From: Scyliorhinus canicula
Taxonomy: Eukaryota
Length of the DNA stretch: 64,000 nt
Direction of reading: 5' to 3'
Assembly (NCBI RefSeq): GCF_902713615.1
Contig: NC_052153.1
Location: 9,683,569-9,747,568 of the forward strand
Shown in pieces: positions 62,990-64,000 of the stretch. Position numbers and translations under genes: made by a program. The number at the start of each line of letters is the position of its first letter. Within the stretch, counting starts at the first letter, position 1. Under the pieces are notes generated by a model that was not told the origin of the DNA, ran no database searches, and saw only the letters and a list, made by a program, of their open reading frames with translations.

Positions 62990-64000
62990 CAAAGAACATA
63001 TAGAACAGTACAGCACAGAACAGGCCCTTCGGCCCTCGATGTTGTGCCGAGCATTGTCCGAAACCAAGATCAAGCTATCCCACTCCCTGTCATTCTGGTG
63101 TGCTCCATGTTCCTATCCAATAACCGCTTGAAAGTTCCTAAAGTGTCTGACTCCACTATCACAGCAGGCAGTCCATTCCACACCCTAACCACTCTCGGAC
63201 ATCCCTCCTATATCTCCCACCCTGAATCTTATAGTTATGCCCCCTTGTAACAGCTACATCCACTCAAGGAAATAGTCTCTGAACGTCCACTGTATCTATC
63301 CCCCTCATCATCTTATAAACCTCTATTCAGTCGCCTCTCATCCTCCGCTCCAATGAGAAAAGCCCTAGCTCCCTCAACCTTTCCTCATAAGATCTATCCT
63401 GCAAACCAGGCAGCATCCTGGTAAATCTCCTTTGCGCCCTTTCCAAAGCTTCCGCATCCTTCCTATAATGAGGTGACCAGAACTGCACAGAATACTCCAA
63501 ATGTGGTCTCACCAGGGTCATGTATAGTTGCAGCATAAACCCGCGGCTCTTAAACTCAAGCCCCCTGTTAATAAACGCTAACACACTATAGGCCTTCTTC
63601 ACGACTCTATCCACTTGAGTGGTAACCTTCAGAGATCTGTGGACATGAACCCCAAGATCTCTCTGTTCCTCCACATTCCTCAGAACTCTGCCGTTGACCC
63701 TGTAATCCGCATTCAAATTTTTTCTCCCAAAATGAATCACCTCGCACTTATCAGGGTTAAACTCCATCTGCCATTTTTCAGCCCAGCTCTGCATCCTATC
63801 AATGTCTCTTTGCAGCCTACAACAGCCCTCCACCTCCTCCACTACTCCATCAATCTTGATGTCATCAGCAAATTTACTGACCCACCCTTCAACCCCCTCC
63901 CCCAAGTCATTGATAAAAATCACAAATAGCAGAGGACCCAGCACTGATCCCTGTGGTACACCGCTGGTAACTGGGCTCCAGTCTGAAAATTTTCCATCCA
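62990..64000 (-). mobile_element. Young CR1 3' portion, continues beyond the right edge
   Basis: GVPQGSVLGPLLFVIFINDL..FADD..LVRPHLEY; highly similar to 12980-13970; GGGCCGAAGGGCC hairpin and TGTTCT tail. Confidence 0.92.

Overview
Vertebrate genomic DNA, almost certainly a shark or other elasmobranch (inferred from HE1/V-SINE-type SINEs, DeuSINE remnants and abundant CR1 LINEs). It holds three host genes. SMC2 lies on the minus strand (first 16 coding exons, 33129 to 819, continuing off the left edge). DNAJC25 lies head-to-head with it on the plus strand (4 coding exons, 38073-46837, about 345 aa). The first coding exon of GNG10 is at 59254-59334. Introns and spacers are dense with transposons. 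The most notable element is a very young full-length CR1 LINE (9229-13978) nested in an L1-like fragment. It has a 4.6 x 131-bp monomer 5' UTR with one octamer per unit and an SGNH-esterase ORF1. Its ORF2 has no AUG before the endonuclease and lies in the -1 frame, joined to ORF1 by a G_GGU_UUA_AAC slippery sequence, a candidate programmed -1 ribosomal frameshift. Other highlights are Penelope-like fragments with minimal hammerhead ribozymes (one sense to SMC2 intron 2, two fold-back insertions), a SINE whose TSD duplicated an SMC2 splice donor, CpG-rich Harbinger-like MITEs, a solo LTR pointing at SMC2, and a 1.4-kb G-rich minisatellite at the start of SMC2 intron 1. Recurrent single-A deletions in A-runs suggest assembly indel errors.
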